The notes under the pieces are model-generated. The model searched no databases. It saw only the letters and a list, made by a program, of their open reading frames with translations, and was not told the origin of the DNA. A stretch of 64,000 nt of DNA from assembly GCA_964016885.1 (NCBI GenBank), contig OZ024742.1, positions 218,674,001 through 218,738,000 of the forward strand, in the 5' to 3' direction. The DNA is from Eledone cirrhosa (lineage: Eukaryota). The position numbers and the translations under genes are program-made. Below, piece by piece: positions 1 to 11,865 of this stretch (position 1 is the first letter of the stretch; each line of letters begins with the position of its first letter).

Positions 1-140
1 CATAGTTACGTCCCTTTACGATCTGAGTTCAAATGCCGCCGAGGTTAACTTTGCCTTTCATCCTTACGGGGTCGATAAAATAAAGTACCAGTAATGTACT
101 GGGTAATTCCCAGCCTTGTGCCAAAAGTAGAAACAATTAT
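1..140 (+). mobile_element. tRNA-derived SINE (family A), 5' end cut by the window edge
   Basis: B-box-like GAGTTCAAATGCC plus core CTTTGCCTTTCATCCTTACGGGGTCGATAAAATAAAGTACCAGT, repeated many times in the window (e.g. 33159, 46541, 50757, 59225, 63155). Confidence 0.85.
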
Positions 141-292
141 GGGTACAGTCATGACTGTGTGGTTAAGTAGTTTGCTTTAGAAACATGCAGTTTTAGGTTC
201 AATCTCTTTCTTGAGCCAACCAATGCGTTATGAATTAGTTTGGTAGATGGAAACTTTGAAGAATCTCATCACAACTCATCATATCTATATCC

Positions 293-331
<39 letters not shown>

Positions 332-575
332 GATGTGGATCTGTGGTTATTTTAATGGGAATTATGAATGCAGGTCAGCAGTTTGCTTTTTGAGTGTTTT
401 CTTTGTGGGTTATATAATAATAACAATAATGAAAATATTGTGTACAGTGCTCAGGTGCACTACAACTCATCAAAAGTGTATGTATAGTAGATAGGATAAT
501 GTACAAACGCCAGGAAAATGAGCAGTGCATGAGTCATGATATACACATGTGTGCATGTGTATGGAAGGGGTACAT

Positions 576-2255
576 CAGGTGTAGTTTTTTCAAATTCAAG
601 CACTGCCTTTTTTGTCAGTTTCTTGCGATAGTTGGAAGATTTATTCCGCTTTTTTCTGTTGGCATCTGATTTATGCAGTTTATATTCCCGTTCAGCGTTC
701 CGACATTCTTTCTTGGCAAGTCGGACCACTGAAGTTTCCCAAATTGCACTTTTGAGGTGGGTTTTTTTCTGCTTACGCGGCACTGATGCTGCACACGCTA
801 TCCATATTGAGTCCAGGATGCTCTGGAGTATAGTGTTAACATCTCCAGAGTTATAGAACTCATGCCAGTTTGGACGCTGTAGCTCAGTGCAGTACAAGTT
901 CCAATCTGCTTTCTTCCAATCAAAGCAAGCAGATTGGCGATGGTTCTGGTTTTTGTTGCTGCTCGCAAGAGCCAGATTGGCAATGATCATAGCATGATCA
1001 GAGTCGCCTAGAGGTTCCTCAGTAGTACAACTGATAACCACTTCAGGAGTAGTGGTGAAGATCAGGTTCAAAGTGTTGTCACCTCTTGTTGGAGAGGTGA
1101 CTACTTGTGACCAGTTTGAGTCCAGCACTAGCTCAAGGAAATCGTTTGCACTTTCTCGCCAACGAAAGGTTTCCCAATCGATCTCAGGATGATTGAAGTC
1201 ACCTGCAATAAACACATAAGTGGCTTTTTTCCTGGCAGCAGCTCTGAGGATATCGCAAAGCTGTGTGTCATGATGGTAGTTTGGGGGGCGATAAACAACA
1301 CCAAGCAGAAGTGTTGACATGGTCATAAGTATGTCACAGAAAAAAACTTCTTCTTGTGATTCGTTCAAATCAACGTAAGGAATTACCGAAAAGTTTGAAC
1401 GAACGTAGACCATCACACCACCACCACGGCGATTAATGCGGTCCTTGCGGAACAGGTTGTACCCAGTAATGTTGAAAACCCCATCACAGAGTAAGGAATG
1501 TGTCCATGTTTCCGTGACTGTGATGAAGTCAGGGTTGATGCTTCTGACATAGGAGTTAAACAGATGTATCTTGTTGCATAAACTGTGATCATTTAAGGAC
1601 AACAATTTGTACCCTGCTTGCAGTTTATGATGGTGTGTAGAGGATGGCAGGTTGTTCTGGTTTAGTTTCCCAGAGTTGTTGCAGTTTTTTTATTGCCAGT
1701 TATTGTGGGTGGAGCACACTCAGACCAGCTGGTATCTCTCTTCCACGTTTCACAAACCTCCAGATCTGCCCATCATCACGCAGACTAAAACTTTCATGTT
1801 GTGTTGAGTTCCGGTCAAAGGAAGCTGCAGCATGTAGCTTTGGACGTACATGGGGTGGTACGCCTGGGCATGTTCGGAAGGTAATCAGATTTTCACGCCC
1901 AGCTTTAACAGAGGCCAGATGATATGAAATTGCCTCAGCGGGGTCCCAAAAAGACAGCCTGATGAGTCTGGGTTTTGGACCAGGTTGACCAAGGCGGAAA
2001 GCACCCTTTGGGGGAACACAGCCTAGGTCTTTGGTTGAGCTGGCAGCAAATGCCTGAAGATCAGCCTTGTCCTCTGGTACCCCAATGGCAATTACTTCAT
2101 GAGTAGCAGATTCCGCAGTCTTCTCAGTGTGCCCAGATACGGCAAAAGGTACAGGGAGATTCTTTAGCAAAGCATTCCGATAAGACCCCTCATTGTGGGG
2201 TCCTACCCGAATGCTTGCTTTTATTCCTGTTACTTCCCTTCTTAAAGCAGAAATC

Positions 2256-2257
<2 letters not shown>
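576..2257 (-). mobile_element. CR1/L2-like LINE relic: ORF1 fragment plus ORF2 AP-endonuclease, no RT
   Basis: ORF 460..1605 has APE motifs (VTETW, RRGGGV, VYRPP, GDFN, GDSDH); ORF 1700..2257 has ORF1-like FRLG..PKPRLIRLSF; the 5' side ends at (TA)n 2260-2340. Confidence 0.85.
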
Positions 2258-2353
<96 letters not shown>

Positions 2354-2818
2354 TTGAAAAGTAAACAGGAAATTACACAGCAAACTATATATCACGATTT
2401 ATGGAGGCACTTGGGAGATTTGAAATTTGAAATGTGGGAATCAAAATGCAGAAAATAATTGTAACAATCAATCAACAATAATAGCTTTAGAAAAGAGAGT
2501 AAAATGCCCTTAGGTACAGGAAAAGATGGCTAACAGCTGTTACAGGGAATTGAACTCCATATCTCTTGCATACTGGTTGGATTTGTTAGACAGTATGCTA
2601 AGGAAGGAGAGCTAACAATGAATTCTGTCAAATTTAAAGAGCTATACTTAACAACTTGCAGCCAGAGGTAATAAAATAATAAGAAACCTAAATCCTTTGT
2701 TTCCATTTCTTGTGTCATATCACTACAACTACTACCATTACCACTAAATTCATCCACTTTTTTGTGGTGACATAAAACCTTTCCATCTAACATGATTCAA
2801 CATTAACTACCTCAATTT

Positions 2819-3070
2819 TCAACTGGATAATTCTGTATCTTCCTCAATGACTCTCTTTATTGTCTTGAGAGGTCTGCCATGTTTGCATCTCACATTAGTG
2901 GGCTTCCATAGTAACAGCTTTGTAGCAGATTCATTGCCTCTCATGACGTGACCTGCAGGTTGAAGACACCTGACACACATGGTATGGCTAATGGGTGGGA
3001 GGTTGCCATAGAGAAATATGTTTGTAACATGGTCAAGAGGGTTGATATTTCTTATATTTCTTAGCAACCA
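2819..3070 (-). mobile_element. RTE-type LINE 3' fragment
   Basis: Decayed post-RT peptide (LYGNLP..AGHVMR..LLLWKP..GRP), similar to the 58500-58940 fragment. Confidence 0.65.
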
Positions 3071-3137
3071 TCTAAAACTAATGACATTAAATACTTGTGC
3101 TTGTAATATCTCTTAATTTCTATCTGTTCTCTCACAG

Positions 3138-3298
3138 GTTTGATGATACAAAGTATTGTTATGACTGTTGCCGATCTTCACAGGTGGAGCTGAAGTTATG
3201 CAGCCGTTGTAGAGCAGTTTTCTACTGCAGTAAAAAATGTAAATCCTTGGCATGGTTAGACAGACATAGGGAAGAATGTCCTAAATTTGCTGAAAAAG
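3138..3298 (+). CDS. ANKMY1: MYND zinc-finger exon of an ANKMY1-like gene (internal exon; upstream exons outside the window)
   Basis: Acceptor ctcacag| and donor |gtatag; encodes KYCYDCCRSSQVELKLCSRCRAVFYCSKKCKSLAWLDRHREEC, resembling the C-terminal MYND of ANKMY1 (CYxCxRS..V.L..C.RC....CSK.CK..AW...H...C); ends in phase 1. Confidence 0.8.
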
Positions 3299-3504
3299 GT
3301 ATAGTGTCTCTTTTTTCTGATTTTCATTTTTTTCCAGTTTCATTGTTCAATTATACTTCATGACCCTTTCTACTATGGCATTAAGCTGATAAATACTTTG
3401 TGGGGGAAATTTGGTAAACGGAAACTGTACAGAAGCCTGTTGTATATAAAGCATCAAGAGAAGTAGTAGTCAAACTAGTAATCCACATAGACAAGCGGGT
3501 AATA

Positions 3505-3760
3505 TAGAAAAGGCCTTTGACAGAGTACCTTGATAATTTATTTGGTGGTCCTTAAAGCTATGTACAGAAGAACTGTCAGTAAAGTGAGAGTAGGAAGCGA
3601 GTTCATTGAGAAATTCAAGGTACAGGCAGGAGTTCCATCAAGGTTTGGTTCTTAGCCCACTGCTGTTCATCATAGTTCTCCAGGCCATAACAGAGGAGTT
3701 TAAAACTAGCTGTCCATTGGAACTTCTCTTGCAAATGATCTGGTCCATAAAAGAACTAGA
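3505..3760 (+). mobile_element. RTE LINE RT fragment
   Basis: EKAFDRVP and HQGLVLSPLLFIIVLQAITEEFKT match the RTE at 6125-8300. Confidence 0.8.
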
Positions 3761-4967
3761 GAATAAGGACCCAGATTCTTTCCATGCAGGCCAAGCAGAA
3801 AGTGTGCAAGACCTTAGCAGAGACATCTACCTCCATGGAGATATTCTAAAGTGGTCTCAAAGAGCAACAATTACTTGTGTATATGTAAAATTAATGTATA
3901 ACCTGGAGAAAACAAACTAATTAACATGCTGGTTGGATAAAAATTTGGAATCCAGTAACAGGCACCACTCCAAAAACAGGCTTGTTGTAAATACCATGCT
4001 TTTGGTTTTGTGTCTGCAATAGAACCTCATAGAAATATTCCTTTTGTTCATCTGCCAGTTTTGATTATAGTACATATGCAGAGATAATTATTACTATTTT
4101 GTTATTCTGACTATCTCAGTTACCTTATCCATTTCCCTGCCAATAGTATGCTAACTTCACTCACCTAAAAGAATTTGTTTTTATCTTTTTTATTTGTAAG
4201 TAGTTTAGATGTTGCACCCCTCCATTTTACTTACCACTTGTACACACCACATGTGTTATATCCCACAGTTAGTGGATTAACATGTGAATATCACTAAAAT
4301 ATGTACCATATTTCAAAATAGTAAGGGTTGACATCAAAAAGGAAATTTGTCTGTAGAATGCTACTGGAATGTCTCATCAAACTAATACCAGCACGGAAAA
4401 GCAAATGCCAAAATGATGATAATGGCCAGCTATACTCTTGCTAGATAATAATAGCTTTATTATATAGAAACTTCATAATATGACAGTCCCATTTGGTGGC
4501 TATTGCAGTCTGCGTCCAGTTTGTTGAGTTTTAGAAGGGGAGCAGTCCACATTCAGTTTGCTGAATTGGGAAGATGGTTCAGAGGCTGGTTTAGCAGGAG
4601 TCATGAGTGCAGGCTGGTGTTTGCTTTAGAATGTTTGCTCAGTGAGTGTTTTGTGGACTGATTAGAGCAATAACAGTCTTATTTACATATATATATTTAC
4701 AACTACACATTAGTGTCAGTGTTATACACAGTAGTGGGGCAGTCAGATGGGAAAATCTGGTTATGTGTAAGCACCCCTTAACCAACATCAAGCAATTGCA
4801 CTCATTCTCTTCTCATCATTAAACACGTTATCTTTTTGGCTAGATATCTTTACTATATCATTTTACAGTAGTATTTACATCCTCACTATATCACTTTACA
4901 GTGTCATTGATTAATATAAGATAGAGTTATACCTCCTATGTTATCTATATTTTGTTTTTATTTGCAG

Positions 4968-4990
4968 TAAAAGACCTGAACAGAGATATT
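4968..4990 (+). CDS. ANKMY1: 23-nt microexon of the ANKMY1-like gene ((V)KDLNRDI)
   Basis: Strong acceptor tttgtttttatttgcag| and donor |gtaagt; converts phase 1 (MYND exon) to phase 0 (giant exon) with no stop. Confidence 0.7.
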
Positions 4991-5290
4991 GTAAGTTTTG
5001 TTTTTATTTTACTTCTCAACATTTAGTGAAATTATTTTTTTGAAAACCAGAAAAGGATTTTCATTGAATTTTTCTCGGAAATTATTTTGTTGTTGTTTTT
5101 TTTTTAAAATATAAATCTGTTATATAGGTTAAGGAGGTTGCTTCACAATCACAAGGTTTTTGTTTTAATCTCACTGCATGGCACATTGTGCAAATGTCTT
5201 CTACTATAGTTTCAGGTTGACCAATCCTTGTGAGTAAAATTTGGTTGTTAGAAACTGCAGAAGCCTATCATATATAGATAAAAGTATATA

Positions 5291-5807
5291 TTGTATATAC
5301 TTGTATATAAGTTGAGAAATATGTGACAAATGTGTGACAAAAAGTTGACGGTAAAATAGGTGGGAGGGGGGATCGACTCATATTTGAGATCAACATTAGG
5401 CCGATTTTCACTAACATCAAATTTTACATAAATGCAGTGCTAAAATATTTTTGCTTTGGAGGTGAGTGTTACTTTGGTTTCATTTTGGAGGTGAAATTTG
5501 TTTCTTTGTATTGTTTTTGATATGTTTTGAATAAATATGGCCTTCAAATTGGTTAGAAATTGGTAAAAACTGGAGCGGTGAAACAAAATCTATACTCTAA
5601 ACAACACTTAAAACATTTTAAATATCAAAATATTAAAACTTTACAAATATATTCTCCACTCATTAGAATTTCAAACAGTGTCATCTAAACAATGTGTTGA
5701 TTAGCTGACTTGGCTTATGAACGGAGTTTGGATTTTTGCTTATTTCACAGACATAAAAATAAGGGGTCGTCTTATATTGGGATTAGCTTATATTCGAGTA
5801 TATACAA
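5291..5807. mobile_element. Tc1/mariner-pogo-type MITE
   Basis: Imperfect TIRs TTGTATATACTTGTATATAAG / CTTATATTCGAGTATATACAA flanked by TA; non-coding interior. Confidence 0.6.
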
Positions 5808-5820
5808 TATAAATATATAT

Positions 5821-6110
5821 ATCATCATCATCAACATCACCGTTTTATGTCCGTTCTTCCATGCTAGCATGGGTTAGACGGGTTGTCCTGTTGTGGGCAG
5901 TTCTGGTCGGCTGACCATGCCTTGCTCATACAGGAACTGATTTTGGCTTGATTTCTACAGCTGGATGCCCTTCCTAACACCAACCTCATTTACAGTGAGT
6001 GCTGGGTGCTTTTTTCCGTGGCGCCTACACGTCCACTTTACAGTGTGAGCTGGGTGCTTTTTGGCATGGCACCTCCACGACCACTTTGCAGTGGGAGAGT
6101 GTGGGGGCAT
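5821..6110 (-). mobile_element. SINE-type element with RTE-like 3' tail and (GAT)n end
   Basis: Shares GGATGCCCTTCCTAACACCAACC and the (CAT)n end with many copies (9900, 10500, 37600, 57960). Confidence 0.7.
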
Positions 6111-6124
6111 ATTGTCTATATGCT

Positions 6125-8300
6125 TCAGCTTGTACCCATGGGAGGTCGGGTCTTCTGTATTACTGCGTGACGCCAGAGGTCACGGTCGTGTGTCACCGCC
6201 TTTGAGAGGTGTAATTGGGTAAGGTCGGCTTTTATCACCTCATCCCAGGTCTTCTTGGGTCTCCCCACTCCGCGGTTTCCATTGACTTCTAGCGCTCTGC
6301 ACCTTTTTATGCAGCTGTCATCCTTCATACGCATCACATGTCCATACCAATGCAACCGCCTCTCCTGCACACAGCATTTGATTCCTCTTATGCTCAGTCT
6401 CTCTCTCAATTCATTTATGCTTTGCCGTTCGCGTATATTACTATTACACATCCATCGGAGCATGCAGGCTTCATTTCTTTCTAATCTATGTAAGTCTTCC
6501 ACCTTCAGTGCCCAGGTCTCACTACCATGTAACATTGCTGTTCGTATACACGTATCATACAGTCTGCCTTTCATTTTGAGGGAGAAGCCTTTTGCAGCTA
6601 GCAGTGGCAGTAGTTCCCTGAACTTCTTCCATCCCGTTCTTACCCTAGTTATTGTACTTTCTGAACACCCACCTCCGCTGCTAATTCGGTCACCTAGGTA
6701 GCAGAAGCTGCCTACTGTTTCTACAGAGCCCTCCCAGAGATTGGTGGTACTTGTTTCCTGTGGCTGTTTGCTGCTTGCTGTCTCAGCACAGCTGCTACAT
6801 GTGAAGCCTACATTCTTAATTAAGCTTCCTGAGATCTCGCTACATCTCTTGTGTACCCATTGCTTGCATTTGGGGCAGAGAATGGAGTTCCTACCTACAC
6901 CTTTCCTACATACTGAGCAAGGCCATTTCCCTGAGGGGATCTGGGTTCTGTTTTCTAGTCTACTTACAAGGACCTTAGTCTTTGTCAGGTTGACTTTGAG
7001 ACCCTTTCTTTCTAGTCCCTGCTCCCAAGTTTGGAATTTCTTCTCTAGTTCTACCATAGATTCAGCTATAAGTGCGAGGTCATCTGCATACAGGAGTTCC
7101 CATGAGCATCCAGTCTTAAACTCCTCCATTATTGCCTGCAGGACTATGATGAACAGGAGAGGGCTAAGAATAGAGCCCTGGTGGACACCAACCTGAACGC
7201 TAAATTCCTCGCTATACTCATTGCTAATCCTAACTTTGCTGACTGCTCCTCTATACATGGCTTGTACAGCTTTCACAAGCCATTCATCTACTCCTAGTTT
7301 TCTAAGAGCCCACCAGATTATAGCACGTGGAACTCTGTCAAAGGCTTTCTCGAGATCGACGAATGCCAGGTAGAGTGGCTTACTTTTAGCTAGGTACTTT
7401 TCCTGTAACTGCCTCACAAGGAAGAGGGCATCAGTGGTGCCTCTTCCTGGTACAAACCCAAATTGCATCTCATCTGGTTTCACCCGGTCCCTAATCAACT
7501 GTGCTATAACTCTTTCTGTTACTTTCATGACCTGGTCCATCAGCTTTATACCTCTATAGTTTCCTCTATCTAGTGCATCACCTTTACCTAAGCTATGTTG
7601 GGAGGTACATTCCTCACTAGGGAAGGCATTTGTGTTTACGACCGTCCATCCATCACGTCCTCTGATGAGGATAAAATCTATCTGACTAGAATGCTCCCCT
7701 GATCTATAGGTGATCAGGTGGTTGTCGGGTTTTTTGAAGTTTGTGTTACATATCGACATGTCATTGGCGTTGCAGAATTCTAGAAGTCTGAATCCTTCTT
7801 TATTTCTTGTGCCAACCCCATGGCCTCCATGGACTCTTTTGAAGCCGTCACAGTGTTTACCTACATGTCCGTTAAAATCTCCTGCGATGATTAGGAAGTC
7901 ATTGTCGTTTGTTAGAGCAGTAGTGTGCATTAGGGACTCGTAAAACTTATCCTTCAGTTCGTCTGGCAACCCCGATTGTGGTGCGTAAGCTGATATTATT
8001 GTGGTTTTTGTTTTATTCAGGACTAGTCTGAGTGTAATGATTCTTGCATTTACCTTGTACACTGAGATTACTTTATCTACCCACTTGTCAGCTAGTAGAA
8101 TACCTACACCACCCATCCCATCGTCATTTCCCACCCAGAAAAATTTGTAGCACTGACTTTTTCCTACAAGGACTCTAGCAGACTCTCCTCTCCATCTAGT
8201 CTCTTGCACACAGTCGACATCAATTTCCTTTCGCTCTAGTATCTCTACGATTTCTCCTGCTCTTCCTTTGATTGTGCTTACATTGATGGTACCAACTCAG
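6125..8300 (-). mobile_element. RTE-clade LINE: APE + RT + PHD finger, in-frame internal deletion
   Basis: ORF 694 aa with QETRW, GDFNGHVG, DLEKAFD, HQGSILSP, YADD and a C4HC3 finger; the frame continues upstream to L*VGTINV (about 8300); lies antisense in the ANKMY1-like intron. Confidence 0.93.
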
Positions 8301-8598
8301 AGTTTTGGGCATTTGTCAACATTCGTGGAGAAGGGTCGATTTTTGCAGGGTGTGTGTATGTGCTTCCTGTCTCTGAATTGAAGCTTCACATGTGTGCTTG
8401 GTAGCTCACGGATTCATATTCATTTTCATTTATTAATTCAGGGTTACTCCATTTATTCTCAGCTCATCCATACATAACGGTAGGAAAATTCAGGGCTAGA
8501 AGAACAGTGGTGGTGGTAATAATGGCAGGTTGTGTTGGGCTGGGACGGGGGAGTAGAGAGGTAGGTAGTAGTAGAAATGGCAGGGTTGGTAGTGGGTG

Positions 8599-8627
<29 letters not shown>
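8599..8627. repeat. poly-G tract
   Basis: Uninterrupted G run in the purine-rich region upstream of the RTE ORF. Confidence 0.9.
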
Positions 8628-8629
<2 letters not shown>

Positions 8630-9035
8630 TGCTGAAGTTTGATTGGTCGAATAGGCTATGGTGGTGTGGAAGGGAAATTGTGAGGTAGGTAGCCAAATCA
8701 TGGCCTGTAGCATCTCAGGGCAAAATAGACGGATAGGAGTAGATGACTTTGAAGAGAAAGCGAACTGATAAATAAAACAACACTAATAATAGTGTAAGAG
8801 AGAGGAGGCGAGTAGATGACTTCGTAGAGAGGCAGCATGGTAGAGAAAATGAGGGTAAAAAATAAATGTGTTGTGGAAGCTAGTGAAGTGATAAATACAG
8901 TGAAGTGATAAATATTTTATCTGATGAGAGCATACCAAAGTTTTTTGGTACCCTTGAAATATATATAATAAAATAAATATGGTTTTATAAATATAGTTTT
9001 CCATTTATTAATATCTCTGATATATATATATATAT

Positions 9036-9283
9036 ATTAGAAAATATATAGCTTTCACCGTATTTTTGACTAAAGGAATTTTAGCTTGATAACGGGGTTT
9101 AGAACCCTCAGTTAAATGGAAAAAGATGAGTATTGATGTACATGGGAGTCGAACCCACATCTGTGGTTATCGCGAACCCACATCTGTGGTCATCTTTTTC
9201 CATTTAACTGAGGGTTCTAAACCCCGTTATCAAGCTAAAATTCCTTTAGTCAAAAATACGGTGAAAGCTATATATTTTCTAAT
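9036..9283. repeat. Perfect 94-bp inverted repeat with 60-nt loop
   Basis: Arms 9036-9129 and 9190-9283 are reverse complements; loop carries the direct repeat CGAACCCACATCTGTGGT twice; (TA)n nearby on both sides. Confidence 0.92.
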
Positions 9284-9313
9284 TTCAAACTCACTCACTG
9301 TTTCAAAACATAC

Positions 9314-9375
<62 letters not shown>

Positions 9376-10989
9376 CAAATGTAAGTGTACAAACCAATCA
9401 AGAAGGAGAGATAGGAGATTAAGTGAAAGTTAGCAAGAGAATCATATACCATGCAAAAAGTGTATAGGTAGAGCGTTAATATAAAAATTATTCTTAAAGA
9501 ATGCAGAACCAAATTCTTGAACAAATATATTTATTGGTTTACAATTGTTTCAGGCCACAATTCAGTCCGTAAAAATAAAATTTATCAATTATAGAATGGT
9601 AAGAATAGATGATATTAAAACTGAACTATGAACTGACTTCATCTTCAGAATCAAAAAGAAAATAAACATAAAATTTAAAAATACATGTCACTGATGGTGG
9701 GGACTACAAAAAGATGAAAGACAAACCATACCACTTATCAATCGAAGGACTGAAACAGAAGAATAATACATTCTAAATTCAAATAAGCCAGTTATGCATT
9801 TAAGTAATGGAGGATTGACATAACAATTGTAAACCAATAAATATATTATATATTTTGTTGGTACTGTATTCTCTAACAATAATTGTTATATATATCATAT
9901 ATCATCATCATCATCATCGTTTAACGTCCGTGTTCCATGCTTGCATGGGTTTGGACGGGAGTTTTCCCACTTGAGGCAAGAGTGGTTGTCTTGCTCGCAT
10001 AGGACTGTCTGGCGGGTTTTCTACAGTTGGATGCCCTTCCTAACACCAACCACATTTACAGTGTGGGGCTGGGAGGTTTTTACCGTGTTGCCTACACGGC
10101 CACATTACAGCGTGGACTGTCTGGTAGGTTTTCTACAGCTGGATGCCCTTCCTAACACCAACCACATTTACAGTGTGGGACTGGGACGTTTTTACCGTGT
10201 TGCTTACACGGTCACATTACAGCGTGGACTGTGTGTTTTTTTTCGTGACACCTACACGATCTCATTTGTTTCGGCCTGGATTTTGTGGCACCAACATAAC
10301 TTTACATTGAAAGGGGCGGTGTGGATGGGGTATATATATATATATATATAAATATATATATATATGTGTTCAGACCGGGTGATGTGTCTCAGACCGGGTG
10401 ATGTGTTGTTTCCTTGAGCAAGACACTTTATTTCACATTGCTCCAGTTTACTCAGCTGTAGAAATGAGATGATAGGGACTGGGATCCATATCATTCAGTG
10501 GTCGTGGAGGTGCCACGGCAAAAAAAAGCACCCAGCACTCACTGTAAATGAGGTTGGTGTTAGGAAGGGCATCCAGCTGTAGAAATCAAGCCAGAATCAG
10601 TTCCCGTCCCACTCTTGCAAGCAGGGAAAAGCGGACGTAAAAATGATGATAATGATGATGATGATATTTGTTTTGCAAGTTTTTTTATTTGAAATCGTGT
10701 GTTGAAACAAATATTGTTATATTTGGGGGAGGGTCACATTGTTATAATATTGCCAGAAATACATAATAAAACACACTCACTGTGTGGTTGTAATTACAAT
10801 ACAACAAAGGAAACATAATAATATCGCTGATGATGTCACAGGTGTGTGATGAAAGAACTCTGAGAGACTATATATATATATATTGATATCTATATTTTTA
10901 ACTGTTGGTCAATCAATGATAAACATTGATTGCCAACTAAATTAGCTATAGCGATATAAAATATATGGAGGCGAAAACAGATTAATTTA

Positions 10990-11292
10990 TCCAATCGAGT
11001 CCAGTCTGATCCAGTCCAATATGATCTGATCTTACCCAACCTATTTTGATCCAATCTGGATCATTTTGTTCCAATCCAAGCTCATCTGATTTCGCCCAAT
11101 CTAGTCTGAAGCAATCAAATCTGTTCCAGTTTGATCCAATCTGACCCAATCTAGTCCAGAGCAATCCGATGCAGTCTGATCTCGATCTGATCTGATCTGG
11201 TCTGATCCAATCCAATCTGATCTGGTTTGGTTTGATCCGATCCAGTCTGATCCAATCCAGTCTGATCCAGGCCTGACCCGATCTGGTCTGAC
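10990..11292. repeat. Degenerate pentamer microsatellite (GATCC/GATCT/CCAAT)
   Basis: 5-bp periodic gatcc/aatct/gtctg units. Confidence 0.8.
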
Positions 11293-11865
11293 CATGTAAG
11301 GTGGTTGACATCAAGAAGCGTGTCCAGCAATAGAAACCATGCCACATATGGAACATAATGAGCAAGACCAATTGCTCCAACCCATCTGGCCTGAGGCCGT
11401 GATTAGCCGTCCAACCCATGCTAGCATGGAAAACAGACATTAAATGATGATGATAAAGATGGTAATACTAATGATTTTTCAATCATTAATATCAATGTTT
11501 TTTGGCACTAAACATTAGTAATATCAAGCTTATATAATTAGAAGGGCCTTAAAATCTTATTTGTTAAATTATCTTAACTTTTGTTAATGCGATGTAAATG
11601 AAATGTGATTTTCTTTTCCTGGGACTTTTTTTCCTAGCTACAATTTATGTCCACTACCATAAATACTTGAATTAACAAACCTGTTTTAGACATTTTCTGC
11701 TAAACTATTAGAAGTTGAATATAATAGTTCAATATTTAGTTATGTTATGGAATACAGCTTGGCACAAACATATATATACTGAAGCTTATATTTGCATTCA
11801 AACTCATGTCCTTACAAACTCATGCAAACATTAATTTCAAATCTTAATTTTTCTTATTTTTCTAG

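Noticed and set aside
2530-2793. 87-aa minus-strand ORF as a possible antisense exon
   Set aside because: No recognisable domain and no convincing splice-site pair.
9520-9850. Possible Penelope-type terminus with a hammerhead ribozyme (CTGAAGA...GAAAC on -; short inverted repeat 9525-9550 / 9821-9847)
   Set aside because: The candidate stem II is not adjacent to the core and I cannot build stems I and III; an Infernal search would be needed.
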